IMG/VR virus record: IMGVR_UViG_2711768063_000004
Location: 1 to 37,205 of that record
DNA length: 37,205 nucleotides
Strand: one strand, 5' to 3'
From: a virus
Lineage: Duplodnaviria > Heunggongvirae > Uroviricota > Caudoviricetes
A program made the translations under genes and the position numbers. The notes below the pieces were generated by a model, which saw nothing but the letters and a program-made list of their open reading frames with translations, was not told the origin of the DNA and ran no database searches. The stretch's first letter is position 1. Each line of letters begins with the position of its first letter. This document shows, piece after piece, positions 27,076 through 37,205 of the stretch.

Positions 27076-27095
27076 ATCCCCGCGTCTGCGGGGAT
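27076..27095 (+). terminator. Hairpin after G (weak terminator or attenuator)
   Basis: 8-bp stem atccccgc / gcggggat with loop gtct; no strong T-run follows. Confidence 0.3.
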
Positions 27096-27110
27096 TCCTG
27101 TATCCGCCGT

Positions 27111-27128
27111 TGTGCCATTTTTCATACA
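27111..27128. promoter_or_regulatory. Ogr/Delta-type late promoter activator site upstream of FI
   Basis: TGTGCCATTTTTCATACA, centred about 85 bp upstream of the FI start. Confidence 0.55.
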
Positions 27129-27203
27129 AACCACATAACGTGCATCCTGCTCGTATCAACAAGAACATAGGCAGACCCCCTCTACTACCGGAGAGACTGC
27201 CTT

Positions 27204-28376
27204 ATGGCTCAGGATTACCACCACGGGGTGCGCGTTGTTGAAGTCAACGAAGGCACCCGATCTATTACCACGGTGAGCACCGCCATCGTGGGTATGGTCT
27301 GCACGGGCGATGATGCCGATGCAAAAATGTTTCCTCTTAATAAACCCGTTCTGATCACTGACGTGCTGACCGCCAGCGGTAAAGCGGGTGAGTCCGGTAC
27401 GCTGGCCCGTTCGCTGGACGCCATCGCTGACCAGGCAAAACCCGTGACCGTTGTTGTGCGTGTGCCGCAGGGTGAAACGGAAGAAGAAACCACGACCAAT
27501 ATCATCGGCGCAGTGACTGCTGAAGGTAAAAAAACAGGCATGAAAGCCCTGTTATCTGCCCAGTCACAGCTCGGCGTTAAACCGCGCATTCTCGGCGTGC
27601 CAGGTCACGACACGAAGGCGGTAGCTACTGAGTTGCTGAGCGTGGCGCAAAGCCTGCGTGGGTTTGCTTACCTGTCAGCGTATGGTTGCAAGACGGTGCA
27701 GGAAGCAATCACTTACCGTGAAAACTTCAGTCAGCGTGAAGGAATGCTGATCTGGCCCGACTTTACTGGCTGGGACACGGTGCTGAATGCCGAAGCAACG
27801 GCTTATGCCACCGCCCGTGCGCTCGGTCTGCGCGCCAAAATTGATGAGCAGACCGGATGGCACAAAAGCCTGTCCAACGTGGGCGTGAACGGTGTCACCG
27901 GAATTTCTGCTGATGTGTTCTGGGATCTGCAGGACCCGGCAACCGATGCAGGTCTGCTGAACCAGAACGACGTCACCACGCTTGTGCGCAAGGATGGTTT
28001 CCGCTTCTGGGGTTCCCGCTGTCTGAGCGATGATCCGCTTTTTGCTTTCGAAAACTACACCCGCACGGCGCAGGTGCTGACGGACACGATGGCAGAAGCA
28101 CACATGTGGGCGGTAGACAAACCGCTGAACCCGTCGCTGGCCCGCGACATTATCGAAGGTATCCGCGCCAAAATGCGCAGCCTGGTCAGTCAGGGCTATC
28201 TCATTGGTGGTGATTGCTGGCTGGACGAGTCGGTGAACGACAAAGACACGCTTAAAGCCGGAAAACTCACCATCGACTACGACTACACGCCAGTGCCGCC
28301 ACTTGAAAATCTGATGCTGCGCCAGCGCATCACCGATCAGTACCTGGTGAATTTCGCCAGCCAGGTCAGCGCGTAA
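27204..28376 (+). CDS. FI: Contractile tail sheath protein (P2 FI family)
   Basis: 390 aa; synteny FI-FII-E-T. Confidence 0.8.
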   Translation: MAQDYHHGVRVVEVNEGTRSITTVSTAIVGMVCTGDDADAKMFPLNKPVLITDVLTASGKAGESGTLARSLDAIADQAKPVTVVVRVPQGETEEETTTNIIGAVTAEGKKTGMKALLSAQSQLGVKPRILGVPGHDTKAVATELLSVAQSLRGFAYLSAYGCKTVQEAITYRENFSQREGMLIWPDFTGWDTVLNAEATAYATARALGLRAKIDEQTGWHKSLSNVGVNGVTGISADVFWDLQDPATDAGLLNQNDVTTLVRKDGFRFWGSRCLSDDPLFAFENYTRTAQVLTDTMAEAHMWAVDKPLNPSLARDIIEGIRAKMRSLVSQGYLIGGDCWLDESVNDKDTLKAGKLTIDYDYTPVPPLENLMLRQRITDQYLVNFASQVSA

Positions 28377-28385
28377 GGGGACAAC

Positions 28386-28901
28386 ATGGCTTTACCACGC
28401 AAATTAAAACATCTGAACCTGTTTAACGACGGGAACAACTGGCAGGGAATCGTTGAGTCGCTGACGCTGCCGAAATTCACCCGCAAATATGAGAAGTATC
28501 GCGGCGGCGGTATGCCGGGGGCGGTGGATGTGGATCTGGGACTGGATGACAGTGCACTGGATACAGAATTTTCCATTGGTGGTACCGAACTGCTGCTGTT
28601 TAAGCAGATGGGCAAATCCACGGTGGATGGCATCCAGTTGCGCTTTACTGGCTCTATCCAGCGTGACGATACCGGGGAAGTGCAGGCCGTGGAGCTTGTG
28701 GTGCGTGGACGTCACAAAGAAGTGGATTCCGGCGAGTGGAAGACGGGCGAAAGCAACACCACCAAAGTGACCAGTACCAACAGCTACGCGAAGCTGACCA
28801 TCAATGGTGAGGTGCTCTATGAAGTGGACCTTATCAACATGGTGGAAATTGTGGACGGTGTGGACCTGATGGAAGCGCACCGCAACGCCCTCGGCCTCTG
28901 A
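28386..28901 (+). CDS. FII: Tail tube protein (P2 FII family)
   Basis: 171 aa, one residue shorter than P2 FII as recalled. Confidence 0.8.
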   Translation: MALPRKLKHLNLFNDGNNWQGIVESLTLPKFTRKYEKYRGGGMPGAVDVDLGLDDSALDTEFSIGGTELLLFKQMGKSTVDGIQLRFTGSIQRDDTGEVQAVELVVRGRHKEVDSGEWKTGESNTTKVTSTNSYAKLTINGEVLYEVDLINMVEIVDGVDLMEAHRNALGL

Positions 28902-28955
28902 TGTATCTGAACGGCGCGGGATACCGCGCCAGAACCCAATTTACAGGACAACAAA

Positions 28956-29258
28956 ATGAGCGATAAGCAGACTGAAAAGACCATTCAACTGGATACCCCT
29001 ATCAAGCGCGGTAAAACGGAAATCACCGAAATTGTGCTGCGTAAGCCGCAGTCCGGTGCGCTGCGCGGCACGCGCCTGCAGGCCATTATGGATATGGATG
29101 TGAACGCGATGATGACCGTGATCCCCCGCATTTCCAGTCCGGTACTGACTGCACAGGAAATCGCAGAGATGGACCCGGCAGATCTCACCGCTATGTCGGT
29201 TGAGGTTGTCACTTTTTTGTTGAAGAAGTCGGTGCTTGCCGGTTTACCGACAGCCTGA
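28956..29258 (+). CDS. E: Tail assembly chaperone gpE (zero-frame product)
   Basis: 100 aa ORF directly upstream of the tape measure gene; contains the slippery heptamer T TTT TTG near its 3' end. Confidence 0.75.
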   Translation: MSDKQTEKTIQLDTPIKRGKTEITEIVLRKPQSGALRGTRLQAIMDMDVNAMMTVIPRISSPVLTAQEIAEMDPADLTAMSVEVVTFLLKKSVLAGLPTA

Positions 29259-29392
29259 CGGTTGACGATCTGGTGGCAGACATCGCCACCATTTTTCACT
29301 GGCCGCCATCCGTTACTGACGTTATGCCGCTGACCGAAGTGCTGGAATGGCGGTATAAAGCGATTCAGAGAAGCGGGGCCAACGATGAGTGA
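28956..29392 (+). CDS. gpE+E' fusion produced by programmed -1 ribosomal frameshift at 29213..29219
   Basis: The -1 frame is open from 29219 to a TGA at 29390..29392 (57 codons, translated by hand) and has no start codon of its own; it ends where T begins. Same arrangement as P2 E/E'. Confidence 0.65.
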
Positions 29393-32300
29393 TAACAACC
29401 TGCGGCTGCAGGTCATTCTTAATGCGGTTGACAAACTCACCCGCCCATTCCGTGTTGCACAGGCCAGTTCGAAAGAGCTGGCTGGCGCAATCAGAAACTC
29501 CCGTGACGCATTAAAGCAACTCAATCAGGCGGGTAATAGCCTGGAAAAATTTCGCAAGCTGCAGGCTGATAACAAGAAGTTAGGCGACAGGCTGAACTAT
29601 GCCAGACAGAAGGCTAATTTGCTTAGCTCTGAGCTGGAGGCGATGGAACAACCATCACAACGGCACCTTGTGGCTTTAGGTCGGCAAACGCTGGCAGTCC
29701 AACGCCTGGAAGAACAGCAAAAATATTTGCAGAAGCAAACGGCGCTTGTGCGTGCAGAACTGTACCGGGCGGGAATTTCTGCGAAAGATGATGCGGGAGC
29801 AACCGCCCGTTTAGCCCGTGAAACATCACGTTATAACCAGGAATTGTCGAAACAGGAGGCGCGGCTGAAGCGACTGGGGGAAGCTCAGCGCAGGATGAAT
29901 GCAGCACGTGCCAGTTATGCCCGTTCGCTGGAGGTGCGCGATCGTATTGCAGGTGCCGGAGCCACCACCACGGCTGCAGGGCTGGCAATGGGCGCACCAG
30001 TGATGGCGGCAGTAAAAAGCTATACCAGCATGGAAGATGCCATGAAAGGTGTGGCAAAGCAGGTCAATGGTCTGCGTGACGATAATGGCAACCGCACAGC
30101 ACGTTTTTATGAAATGCAGGATGCCATCAAGGCTGCCAGCGAACAGTTGCCGATGGAAAACGGTGCGGTGGATTTCGCTGCACTGGTTGAAGGTGGTGCG
30201 CGCATGAACGTCGCAAACCCTGACGACAGCTGGGAAGACCAGAAACGTGACCTGCTGGCCTTCGCCAGTACGGCAGCAAAGGCGGCAACAGCCTTTGAGC
30301 TGCCAGCGGATGAACTGTCAGAAAGTCTGGGGAAAATCGCCCAGCTCTACAACATCCCTACCCGCAATATTGAACAGCTCGGTGATGCGCTGAACTATCT
30401 GGATGATAACGCCATGTCGAAAGGGGCAGATATCATTGATGTCATGCAACGCCTGGGTGGTGTGGCTGACCGTCTGGATTATCGTAAAGCGGCGGCACTG
30501 GGTTCCACCTTTCTGACACTGGGTGCTGCGCCAGAGGTTGCAGCCAGTGCAGCAAACGCGATGGTGCGTGAATTGTCCATTGCCACCATGCAAAGCAAGA
30601 GTTTCTTTGAAGGAATGAATCTGCTGAAGCTCAATCCTGAAGTGATTGAAAAGCAGATGACGAAGGATGCGATGGGAACTATCCAGCGTGTGCTGGAGAA
30701 GGTGAACGCACTGCCGCAGGATAAGCGCCTGTCTGCCATGACCATGTTGTTTGGTAAAGAGTTTGGCGATGACGCGGCGAAACTGGCAAACAACCTGCCG
30801 GAACTGCAGCGCCAGCTAAAACTGACTGCGGGCAATGATGCGCTCGGTTCCATGCAGAAAGAATCCGACATCAACAAAGACTCACTTTCTGCTCAGTGGT
30901 TGCTGGTCAAAACCGGAGCGCAGAACACCTTCAGCAGCCTGGGCGAAACGCTGCGCCAGCCGCTGATGGATATTCTGTACACGGTGAAAAGCATCACGGG
31001 GGCGTTGCGCCGCTGGGTGGAAGCTAACCCGGAACTGACAGGCACACTGATGAAAGTAGCCGCTGTGGTGGCTGCGGTTACCGTAGGCCTCGGCACCTTA
31101 GCGGTGGCGCTGGCTGCAGTGCTGGGGCCGCTGGCAGTGATCCGTCTGGGATTATCTGTGCTGGGTATCAAAACGTTACCTTCCGTTACGGCAGCAGTAA
31201 CTCGAACCAGCAGCGCGTTGTCCTGGCTGGCTGGCGCACCACTGGCACTGCTGCGACGCGGGCTTGCTTCATCGGGCAACGCCGCAGGTTTACTTACTGC
31301 GCCGTTGTCGTCTTTGCGCCGCACGGCATCACTGACGGGAAATGTCCTGAAAACTGTAGCAGGTGCGCCGGTTGCACTTTTGCGGTCTGGATTATCCGGT
31401 TTACGTGCTGTTGCTGTGATGTTTATGAATCCTCTGGCGGTACTGCGCGGTGGACTGGCCGCCGCAGGCACGGTGCTGCGAGTACTGGCATCTGGTCCAC
31501 TGGCGATGCTGCGCGTTGCCCTGTATGCCATATCTGGTCTGTTAGGTGCTCTGCTCAGTCCGATAGGTCTTGTGGTTACTGCACTGGCGGGTGTGGCGCT
31601 GGTTGTCTGGAAATACTGGCAACCCATCACCGCATTTCTCGGTGGCGTGGTGGAAGGATTCAAAGCGGCGGCAGGTCCCATCAGTGCTGCATTCGAACCA
31701 CTTAAGCCTGTGTTTCAGTGGATTGGCGACAAAGTACAGGCGCTGTGGGGCTGGTTTACTGATCTGCTGACGCCCGTTAAGTCGACCTCTGCCGAACTGC
31801 AGAGTGCAGCGGCAATGGGGCGGCGATTCGGGGAGGCACTGGCGGAAGGGCTGAATATGGTCATGCATCCGCTGGACTCCCTGAAATCCGGTGTTTCCTG
31901 GTTGCTGGATAAACTCGGCATTGTCAGTAAAGAGGCTGCAAAGGCGAAACTGCCTGAAAGCGTGACGCGTCAGCAACCTGCGACGGTGAATGCTGACGGT
32001 AAAGTGATGATGCCATCGGGTGGTTTTCCGTCATGGGGATATGGCTTTGCGGGGATGTATGACAGCGGCGGCTATATCCCGCGCGGGCAGTTTGGCATCG
32101 TCGGTGAAAACGGGCCAGAAATTGTTAACGGCCCGGCAAATGTGACCAGCCGGAGAAATACAGCTGCACTGGCTGCCGTTGTTGCCGGAATGATGGGCGT
32201 TGCTGCCGCGCCTGCAGAGCTTCCACCGTTACATCCTTTGGCACTTCCCGCGAAAGGCGGCGAAGCGATGGTGAGTCGTGCAGCCACTGTGCCGCCCGTT

Positions 32301-32462
32301 CAACGGCTTGAGGCACCGACGCAGATCATCATTCAGACGCAGCCAGGACAAAGTGCGCAGGATATTGCGCGGGAGGTGGCCCGCCAGCTTGATGAACGTG
32401 AACGCAGGCTGAAGGCAAAAGCCAGGAGTAACTACAGCGATCAGGGGGGATACGACGCATGA
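29385..32462 (+). CDS. T: Tail tape measure protein (P2 gpT family)
   Basis: 1025 aa, the largest late ORF; coiled-coil-rich N-terminal half and Ala/Gly-rich hydrophobic segments. Confidence 0.8.
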   Translation: MSDNNLRLQVILNAVDKLTRPFRVAQASSKELAGAIRNSRDALKQLNQAGNSLEKFRKLQADNKKLGDRLNYARQKANLLSSELEAMEQPSQRHLVALGRQTLAVQRLEEQQKYLQKQTALVRAELYRAGISAKDDAGATARLARETSRYNQELSKQEARLKRLGEAQRRMNAARASYARSLEVRDRIAGAGATTTAAGLAMGAPVMAAVKSYTSMEDAMKGVAKQVNGLRDDNGNRTARFYEMQDAIKAASEQLPMENGAVDFAALVEGGARMNVANPDDSWEDQKRDLLAFASTAAKAATAFELPADELSESLGKIAQLYNIPTRNIEQLGDALNYLDDNAMSKGADIIDVMQRLGGVADRLDYRKAAALGSTFLTLGAAPEVAASAANAMVRELSIATMQSKSFFEGMNLLKLNPEVIEKQMTKDAMGTIQRVLEKVNALPQDKRLSAMTMLFGKEFGDDAAKLANNLPELQRQLKLTAGNDALGSMQKESDINKDSLSAQWLLVKTGAQNTFSSLGETLRQPLMDILYTVKSITGALRRWVEANPELTGTLMKVAAVVAAVTVGLGTLAVALAAVLGPLAVIRLGLSVLGIKTLPSVTAAVTRTSSALSWLAGAPLALLRRGLASSGNAAGLLTAPLSSLRRTASLTGNVLKTVAGAPVALLRSGLSGLRAVAVMFMNPLAVLRGGLAAAGTVLRVLASGPLAMLRVALYAISGLLGALLSPIGLVVTALAGVALVVWKYWQPITAFLGGVVEGFKAAAGPISAAFEPLKPVFQWIGDKVQALWGWFTDLLTPVKSTSAELQSAAAMGRRFGEALAEGLNMVMHPLDSLKSGVSWLLDKLGIVSKEAAKAKLPESVTRQQPATVNADGKVMMPSGGFPSWGYGFAGMYDSGGYIPRGQFGIVGENGPEIVNGPANVTSRRNTAALAAVVAGMMGVAAAPAELPPLHPLALPAKGGEAMVSRAATVPPVQRLEAPTQIIIQTQPGQSAQDIAREVARQLDERERRLKAKARSNYSDQGGYDA

Positions 32463-32944
32463 TGATGGTGCTGGGATTGTACGTGTTTATGCTGCGCACC
32501 GTGCCGTATCAGGAACTGCAGTATCAACGCAGCTGGCGACATGCGGCTAACAGCCGGGTAAATCGTCGTCCGTCCACGCAGTTTCTGGGACCGGATAACG
32601 ACATGCTGACGCTTTCTGGCGTTCTTATGCCGGAGATAACAGGCGGCAGGCTGTCGTTGCTGGCACTTGAGCAGATGGCAGAACAGGGGAAAGCATGGCC
32701 TCTGATTGAAGGCAGCGGCACGATTTACGGCATGTATGTGATTGAGGGACTGAATCAGACTAAAACGGAGTTTTTCCGCGACGGTATGCCGCGCCGGATT
32801 GAGTTCACCCTGTCGCTCAAACGGGTGGATGAATCCCTGTCCGATATGTTCGGTGATCTCAGTGCGCAGCTGAATAATCTGCAGGGAACGGCAACATCTG
32901 CCTTAAGCGATATCAGTAAAACGGTGGGAGGGCTTCTGTCGTGA
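32459..32944 (+). CDS. U: Tail protein (P2 gpU family)
   Basis: 161 aa; start overlaps the T stop. Confidence 0.7.
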   Translation: MMMVLGLYVFMLRTVPYQELQYQRSWRHAANSRVNRRPSTQFLGPDNDMLTLSGVLMPEITGGRLSLLALEQMAEQGKAWPLIEGSGTIYGMYVIEGLNQTKTEFFRDGMPRRIEFTLSLKRVDESLSDMFGDLSAQLNNLQGTATSALSDISKTVGGLLS

Positions 32945-34041
32945 ATTTCAGCTCTGAACTGCTTAACAAAGGCAACAAAACTCCCGCATTCAGCATCAGT
33001 ATTGAAGGCAGGGATATCACCACTGTGTTGGACAACCGCCTGATGGGGCTGACGCTGACGGATAACCGGGGATTTGAAGCGGACCAGTTTGATCTGGAGC
33101 TGGACGACACCGATGGAAAAATCGTGCTGCCGCGCCGTGGTGCGGTCATTACGCTGGCGCTGGGCTGGAAGGGGCAGCCGCTTTTCCCGAAAGGGGCATT
33201 CACGGTGGACGAGATTGAACACACTGGCGCACCGGACCGCCTGACTATTCGGGCGCGAAGTGCTGATTTTCGTGAAACGCTGAATACCCGCCGTGAAAAG
33301 TCGTGGCACAAGACCACCGTCGGGGAAGTGGTGAAGGAAATAGCCGCGCGGCACAAGCTGAAGATGGCACTGGGTAAAGACCTGTCGGATAAGCCCGTGG
33401 TACATATAGACCAGACCAATGAGAGTGACGGCAGTTTTCTGATGCGGCTGGCGCGCCAGTACGGTGCTATTGCGTCGGTGAAAAATGGCAATCTGTTATT
33501 CGTCCGGCAGGGACAGGGCAAAAGCGCCAGCGGTAAACCTCTGCCGGTGATCACTATCACACGCAAGGACGGCGACAGTCACCGCTTTACCCTGGCAGAT
33601 CGCGGAGCCTATACGGGCGTAATTGCTAGCTGGTTGCATACCCGCGAACCCGCGAAGAAAGAAAGCACCACGGTGAAGCGTAAGCGCAGGACCGCAAAGC
33701 AGAAGAAAGAGCCGGAAGCGAAGCAGGGCGATTACCTGGTGGGTACGGATGAAAACGTGCTGGTACTTAATCGCACTTATGCCAACCGGAGCAACGCTGA
33801 ACGGGCAGCGAAAATGCAGTGGGAACGCCTGCAACGCGGCGTTGCGTCATTCTCGCTACAACTGGCGGAAGGTCGGGCAGATCTCTACACGGAAATGCCA
33901 GTGAAAGTCAGTGGCTTTAAACAGCCGATAGATGATGCGGAATGGACCATTACGACTCTGACACATACCGTCAGCCCGGATAACGGTTTTACGACCAGTC
34001 TGGAGCTTGAAGTGAGGATTGATGATTTCGAAATGGAATGA
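32941..34041 (+). CDS. D: Tail protein / late control gene D product (P2 gpD family)
   Basis: 366 aa; last gene of the tail operon, immediately before ogr as in P2. Confidence 0.7.
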   Translation: MNFSSELLNKGNKTPAFSISIEGRDITTVLDNRLMGLTLTDNRGFEADQFDLELDDTDGKIVLPRRGAVITLALGWKGQPLFPKGAFTVDEIEHTGAPDRLTIRARSADFRETLNTRREKSWHKTTVGEVVKEIAARHKLKMALGKDLSDKPVVHIDQTNESDGSFLMRLARQYGAIASVKNGNLLFVRQGQGKSASGKPLPVITITRKDGDSHRFTLADRGAYTGVIASWLHTREPAKKESTTVKRKRRTAKQKKEPEAKQGDYLVGTDENVLVLNRTYANRSNAERAAKMQWERLQRGVASFSLQLAEGRADLYTEMPVKVSGFKQPIDDAEWTITTLTHTVSPDNGFTTSLELEVRIDDFEME

Positions 34042-34131
34042 TTCTTCGCAATGGAGAACTTTTAAGTTTGCAAAATGGAATAATGCGGTATCATTATTGT
34101 GAATTTAGCAAAAATGGGGAGAACTCGAAAA

Positions 34132-34350
34132 ATGATGATTTGCCCACTGTGTGGAAGTGCCGCCCATACTCGCAGCAGTTTTCAGGTATCTTCATTGACC
34201 AAAGAGCGTTACAACCAGTGCCAGAATATTAACTGCAGCCATACTTTTGTTACCCATGAAACTTTTGTTCGTTCGATTGCAACGCCAAACGAGTCAAATC
34301 CGGTTCAGCCGCATCCAATGAAATCAGGACAGGTGGCGCTCTCTCTTTGA
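34132..34350 (+). CDS. ogr: Late gene transcription activator Ogr (zinc-finger)
   Basis: 72 aa from the internal ATG; CPLCG...C.N.NCS motif and overall similarity to P2 Ogr as recalled. Confidence 0.85.
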   Translation: MMICPLCGSAAHTRSSFQVSSLTKERYNQCQNINCSHTFVTHETFVRSIATPNESNPVQPHPMKSGQVALSL

Positions 34351-34436
34351 CGCTGCCGCCATTTTGTCGCCATCGATAAAAAACAGTGTTTCTAACATCA
34401 TGATTTTAAAAGGCATAAATTTCAGGCAACAAAAAA

Positions 34437-34473
34437 CCCATCAACCTTGAACCGAAATGGCGGGGTTGATGGG
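34437..34473 (-). terminator. Rho-independent terminator-like hairpin, probably for host ybjL
   Basis: 10-bp arms cccatcaacc / ggttgatggg on the plus strand, preceded by AAAAAA (a T-run after the hairpin on the minus strand); about 110 bp downstream of the ybjL stop. Confidence 0.45.
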
Positions 34474-34585
34474 CTCCACAAAATGGGGACATCAAAGAAA
34501 AGCAGTGGCACTAATTAAGACTGATGCCGTGCGGAAAAGTTCTGCGGTTGTGCAAAAAAATTTCATTTTCAGGGCAACTTCAGTT

Positions 34586-36271
34586 TTATCCTAATCCTGG
34601 CCATACCATGACGATGATTGTCCCTGCCAGCGTCAGCAGGACGTTGGCGATTGCGTAGGTGCCCGCATAGCCCAGTGCAGGGATGTTACTGCGAGCTGTA
34701 TCACTGATGATCTCCATTGCCGGCGCGCAGGTGCGTGCGCCCATCATTGCGCCGAACAACAGTGCGCGGTTCATTCGCAATACATAAGCACCGAACAAGA
34801 AACAGATAACCACGGGCACAAGACTGACAATTAATCCGGCAATCAACATCTGACCGCCAATCGCGCCCAGGCCGTTATTAATACCGCTACCGGCGCTCAG
34901 ACCAACGCCTGCCATAAACACCATCAAGCCGAACTCTTTCACCATGCTTAATGCACCTTGCGGAATGTAACCGAAGGTCGGGTGGTTAGCACGCATAAAG
35001 CCCAGCATAATTCCGGCGAATAACAACCCGGCAGCGTTCCCCATGCCGAAACTGAATGTGCTGAACTGGAAGGTGATCATCCCGATCATCAGCCCAATAA
35101 CAAAGAAGGCGCAAAATGCCAGCAGGTCAGTGACCTGGCTGTGAATCGAGATAAAGCCGATGCGATCGGCGATGGTTTTTACGCGACGGGCATCACCGCT
35201 GACTTGTAAAACGTCACCTTTGTTAAGCACGACGTTGTCATCTATCGGCATCTCAATCTGGCTACGAATGACGCGGTTAAGGAAGCAACCGTGATCGGTC
35301 AACTTCAGTTGTGCGAGACGTTTACCTACAGCGTTATGGTTTTTAACGACCACTTCTTCAGTGACGATACGCATGTCGAGAAGGTCACGATCGAAAACTT
35401 CTTTACCGTTACGGAAGCTGGGATCGAGTCGGGCATGGGCGTCGGGATAGCCTACCAACGCTATTTCATCGCCCATTTGTAGCACGGCATCACCGTCTGG
35501 ATTTGCCAGAATCCCGTTACGTCGAATACGTTCAATGTAGCAGCCGGTTTGTCGATAAATACCCAGTTCACGCAGATTTTTGCCGTCGGTCCAGGCCACC
35601 AGCTCCGGGCCGACGCGATAGGCGCGGATCACCGGTAAATAAACCTTACGGTTGGCATCAGTGTCCAGGCCACGTTCGCGGGCGATTTGCTGGGCGCTGG
35701 TCTGTAAGTCCTGATGCTGCAATTTCGGCAAGTAACGCGCACCAACAATCAAACTCACCAGACCGATTAAATAGGTTAAGGCATACCCGAGGCTCAGATT
35801 ATCCAGTGCCAGTGAGAGCTGCCTGCTTTCCATGCCGGAATGACGCAGTGTATCGCCAGCACCGACCAGAACCGGTGTCGACGTCATAGAGCCTGCTAAC
35901 ATACCGGCCGTCAGGCCAATATCCCAGCCAAACAGCTTACCTAACCCTAAGGCGATCACCAGCGCACTGCCAACCATCACCAGTGCTAACATTAGGTAAT
36001 TTTTCCCATCGCGAAAAAAAATGGAAAAAAAGTTCGGTCCGGCTTCGACCCCGACGCAGAAAATAAACAGCATAAAGCCAAGATTAAGCGCATCGGTGTT
36101 AATGCTGAAATGTTGTTGGCCTAATAACAGCGATACGACTAAAACGCCAATGGAATTACCCAGTTGGATCGAACCAAGTCGTAACTTTCCGAGACATAGC
36201 CCAAGCGCGAGGACCACAAATAATAACAGAATGTAATTCCCATTTAACAATTCGGCGACGTTTATATTCAC
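34586..36271 (-). CDS. ybjL: Putative transport protein YbjL (YidE/YbjL family; host gene)
   Basis: 561 aa polytopic membrane protein with duplicated halves; length and sequence match E. coli YbjL as I recall it. Confidence 0.8.
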
Positions 36272-36540
36272 GGAGGCTAACTTCTTGTTTACTAGTAAGC
36301 TGTTGAAAGAAATGGTAATTTACGATAATGTTTTTTACCAGAATTCAGGGCGCAGATTCATTCAGCGCACCTAAACGATAGTAAAGTAACAATATATTTT
36401 ACTAGTGTAATCACATTAGGTATCAACGGCTATATGAATTGCGTTGGCCTATATTAGCATGGAATGCGAAGCGGCTTTATCTTACTGAACGCCACACTGG
36501 CGAAAAATGTGTTCGATAGACGCAGTGTCAGGAGGAACGA

Positions 36541-36918
36541 GTGAAACATAAACAACGTTGGGCGGGGGCAATCTGCTGTTTTGTCCTCTTCATTGTGGTG
36601 TGCCTTTTTCTGGCGACGCACATGAAAGGCGCTTTTCGGGCTGCCGGGCATCCTGAAATCGGCTTGCTATTTTTCATTCTTCCTGGAGCAGTCGCCAGCT
36701 TCTTTTCACAGCGTAGAGAAGTCCTGAAACCTCTGTTTGGCGCAATGCTGGCGGCACCCTGTTCGATGCTCATTATGCGGCTGTTTTTTTCACCGACGCG
36801 CTCATTCTGGCAAGAGCTGGCATGGTTACTAAGCGCGGTGTTCTGGTGTGCGCTGGGGGCACTGTGTTTCTTATTTATCAGTAGTTTGTTTAAACCACAG
36901 CACAGAAAAAATCAGTAA
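36541..36918 (+). CDS. ybjM: Inner membrane protein YbjM (host gene)
   Basis: 125 aa hydrophobic protein with GTG start, between ybjL and grxA as in E. coli. Confidence 0.7.
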   Translation: MKHKQRWAGAICCFVLFIVVCLFLATHMKGAFRAAGHPEIGLLFFILPGAVASFFSQRREVLKPLFGAMLAAPCSMLIMRLFFSPTRSFWQELAWLLSAVFWCALGALCFLFISSLFKPQHRKNQ

Positions 36919-36938
36919 AGCCCTCAACGCGAGGGCTT
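36918..36938. terminator. Bidirectional terminator-like hairpin between convergent ybjM and grxA
   Basis: 8-bp stem aagccctc / gagggctt with loop aacgc, between the two convergent stop codons. Confidence 0.5.
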
Positions 36939-36947
36939 GTCAGACGA

Positions 36948-37205
36948 TCAGGCGTCCAGATTTTCTTTCACCCATGCAGCAAAATCGGTATAGCCGCCGA
37001 TATGTTGCTGATCGACAAAAATCTGCGGCACGGTTTCTACGGGTTTACCTGCCTTTTGTTGTAGATCTTCTTTAGTGATCCCTTCCGCACGAATATCTAC
37101 ATACTGATACTGAAAATCATCGCGTTCATTGCTCAATTTCTCAGCCAGATCTTTTGCACGCACACAGTAAGGGCAACCCGAACGACCAAAAATAACGGTT
37201 TGCAT
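36948..37205 (-). CDS. grxA: Glutaredoxin 1 (host gene)
   Basis: 85 aa; MQTVIFGRSGCPYCVRAKDLAEKL... with CPYC active site; start codon is the last three bases of the window. Confidence 0.9.
   Translation of the reverse strand: MQTVIFGRSGCPYCVRAKDLAEKLSNERDDFQYQYVDIRAEGITKEDLQQKAGKPVETVPQIFVDQQHIGGYTDFAAWVKENLDA

Larger units (their letters stand above)
1..34400. mobile_element. 186/P2-like temperate myovirus prophage, integrase end to ogr/attR side; left junction outside window
   Basis: Contiguous P2/186 synteny from int through the full late operons to ogr, then host genes ybjL-ybjM-grxA. Right boundary is approximate (between 34351 and about 34436). Confidence 0.85.

Noticed and set aside
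34038-34232. 64-aa ORF overlapping the D stop and the ogr start
   Set aside because: Out of frame with ogr and overlaps its recognisable zinc-finger N-terminus; the Ogr protein from the 34132 start matches P2 Ogr length.
1-34400. Mobile element being a P4-like satellite or carrying insertion sequences
   Set aside because: No sid/psu/delta/alpha primase or transposase genes seen; the element has a full set of P2-type structural, lysis and replication genes.
34351-34585. tRNA gene as integration target at the prophage-host junction
   Set aside because: No tRNA-like features (no GGTTCGAATCC-type T-arm motif, no cloverleaf-compatible segments) visible in this interval; integration appears to be intergenic near ybjL.

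Overview
This window holds most of a 186/P2-family temperate myovirus prophage (about 1..34400) followed by host E. coli genes ybjL, ybjM and grxA (34586..37205). The left prophage junction (attL) lies beyond the window start; attR should sit between ogr and ybjL. Gene order is the integrated P2/186 permutation: int, a three-gene AT-rich cassette, a CI-type repressor, apl/cox-like, cII, early genes (TraR-like zinc finger, Dam methylase, replication protein A), a LexA-box-controlled Tum/DinI-like module, a cos-like site, a second three-gene AT-rich cassette, then the complete late region Q P O N M L X Y K lysA lysB lysC R S V W J I H G FI FII E(E') T U D and ogr. The backbone is 186-like rather than P2-like (large CI with 186-type domains, 186-like CII, LexA-controlled DinI-like module). 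The two best candidates for an undescribed system are the cassette between cos and the portal gene (11724..13587), which has its own terminator and no motif I can recognise, and the cassette between repressor and integrase (1132..3687; ASCH, GNAT-ASCH fusion, membrane protein with a Cys-x-x repeat), which sits where lambda carries rexAB. All calls rest on reading the six-frame translations, synteny and motifs by eye; no database search was run.
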